A stretch of DNA of 64,000 nucleotides from Candidatus Cybelea sp. (GTDB lineage: Bacteria > Vulcanimicrobiota > Vulcanimicrobiia > Vulcanimicrobiales > Vulcanimicrobiaceae), in contig DAINBY010000014.1 in assembly GCA_036732685.1 (NCBI GenBank), positions 2,704 to 66,703 on the forward strand, given 5' to 3'. Below the pieces are notes generated by a model that did no database searches, was not told the DNA's origin, and saw only the letters and a program-made list of their open reading frames with translations. A program made the translations under genes and the position numbers. Each line of letters opens with the position of its first letter. Positions within the stretch are counted from its first letter, which is position 1. Shown one piece after another: positions 63,201 to 64,000 of this stretch.

Positions 63201-63896
63201 TTAGCACTTATTCGTTACAAGCGCGCCGGCGAAAATCTCGATGTCCCCGGTCTTTTCGCGGAACGTCAGTTGGTCGAAGACAGCGCCGACGGCCGCGAGC
63301 GATCCGCCGTATTTTGACTTCGCGGCGACCTGATAGCACGAGATGGCTGAGGACCAGCCAAGACCGTACAGATACTCGGACAACTCGACCGTGTAGCTCT
63401 TCTTAGGAATCAGATGCGAGCTCACGAGTGGGTTCCCTTTGGGAAGCGTCGGATAGAATCCCGGAAAGCTATTGAACGCGAGCTGAAGATAAAAGATGGG
63501 CTTTTGCGAGCCGGCAGGAGGGAAGTTCCCCCCGCTGTATGCCTTGGTGCTGCTAATTAACTTGACGTTGTATCCGTAGCTGCCATACGTCTTGGGATAT
63601 TGCAGTGCGCCGCCCCAACCCGAGAAAGCGGGAACGCAGAGCGATCCCCCGGACGTTTTCATCGCTTCTTTCGCCACCTCGGCGTAATATTTGGTGAGCT
63701 TTTGACCCTTACACTTCGGGACTGGCGTGAAGTCCGGGACGTTCGTTCCTAGGCGCTGCAGCGTATCGGCGGCTCCCCAGTTCGCCGGCGGCGGAGTGAT
63801 CGATGACTGACCGGCGCAGCCCGCGAGCAACGCGATCGCGAGTGCCGAAATGAGGAATCCCCAACGCGGCGATCCCGGGAAATTGAAGCGCACCAT
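63201..63896 (-). CDS. Putative lipoprotein, function unknown
   Basis: 231 aa. Strong GGAGG 5 nt upstream of the ATG. Lipobox ALLAGC. Lower GC than its neighbours by eye. Confidence 0.6.
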   Translation of the reverse strand: MVRFNFPGSPRWGFLISALAIALLAGCAGQSSITPPPANWGAADTLQRLGTNVPDFTPVPKCKGQKLTKYYAEVAKEAMKTSGGSLCVPAFSGWGGALQYPKTYGSYGYNVKLISSTKAYSGGNFPPAGSQKPIFYLQLAFNSFPGFYPTLPKGNPLVSSHLIPKKSYTVELSEYLYGLGWSSAISCYQVAAKSKYGGSLAAVGAVFDQLTFREKTGDIEIFAGALVTNKC

Positions 63897-64000
63897 GATA
63901 CCTCCTGCATGGCGAATGGTCCCCGGACTGCGCCGGGTCGTCCCAATCGTACTATCGGCCGTGCCGGCGAGGTATGGGGGGCGACCCTACCTTTGGGGAC

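Overview
High-GC bacterial chromosomal segment that is almost entirely coding, with about 70 protein genes. I found no rRNA, tRNA, tmRNA, CRISPR array, transposase or integrase. Bases 1-45,500 are mostly housekeeping genes in two very long co-directional minus-strand arrays. Many neighbours share 4-nt ATGA/GTGA start/stop overlaps. Gene order resembles Firmicutes/Terrabacteria synteny: accB-like/accC/nusB ... xseA/xseB ... tlyA/nadK/recN; tilS/hpt/ftsH; G5-3D protein/rsmA. An ExbB/ExbD/TonB cluster suggests a diderm envelope. The lineage cannot be fixed from the sequence alone. Bases 45,500-64,000 look more accessory: a DUF2249-Crp regulator, several secreted or low-complexity proteins, a c-type cytochrome, a MacAB-like exporter with a two-component system, a GloVer-repeat protein and lipoproteins. 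No recognisable defence or mobile system is present.

The leads most worth a second look are:
- A single ORF fusing a complete two-domain multicopper oxidase to a complete ZIP metal permease (59253-61127).
- A syntenic accB homologue whose biotinyl-lysine is replaced (EAMKM -> EALGI) and which is in frame with folK (13728-14621).
- Two genes (accC, rluB-like) whose conserved N-termini lie upstream of any ATG/GTG/TTG and appear to start at ATC/ATT.
- A TonB/ExbBD cluster with three TonB_C-domain proteins, plus an orphan TonB-like anchor protein.
- A coupled operon encoding an N/S/G/Y/H-rich, prion-like single-pass membrane protein.

All functional calls come from my own motif and family recognition. 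No database search was run.
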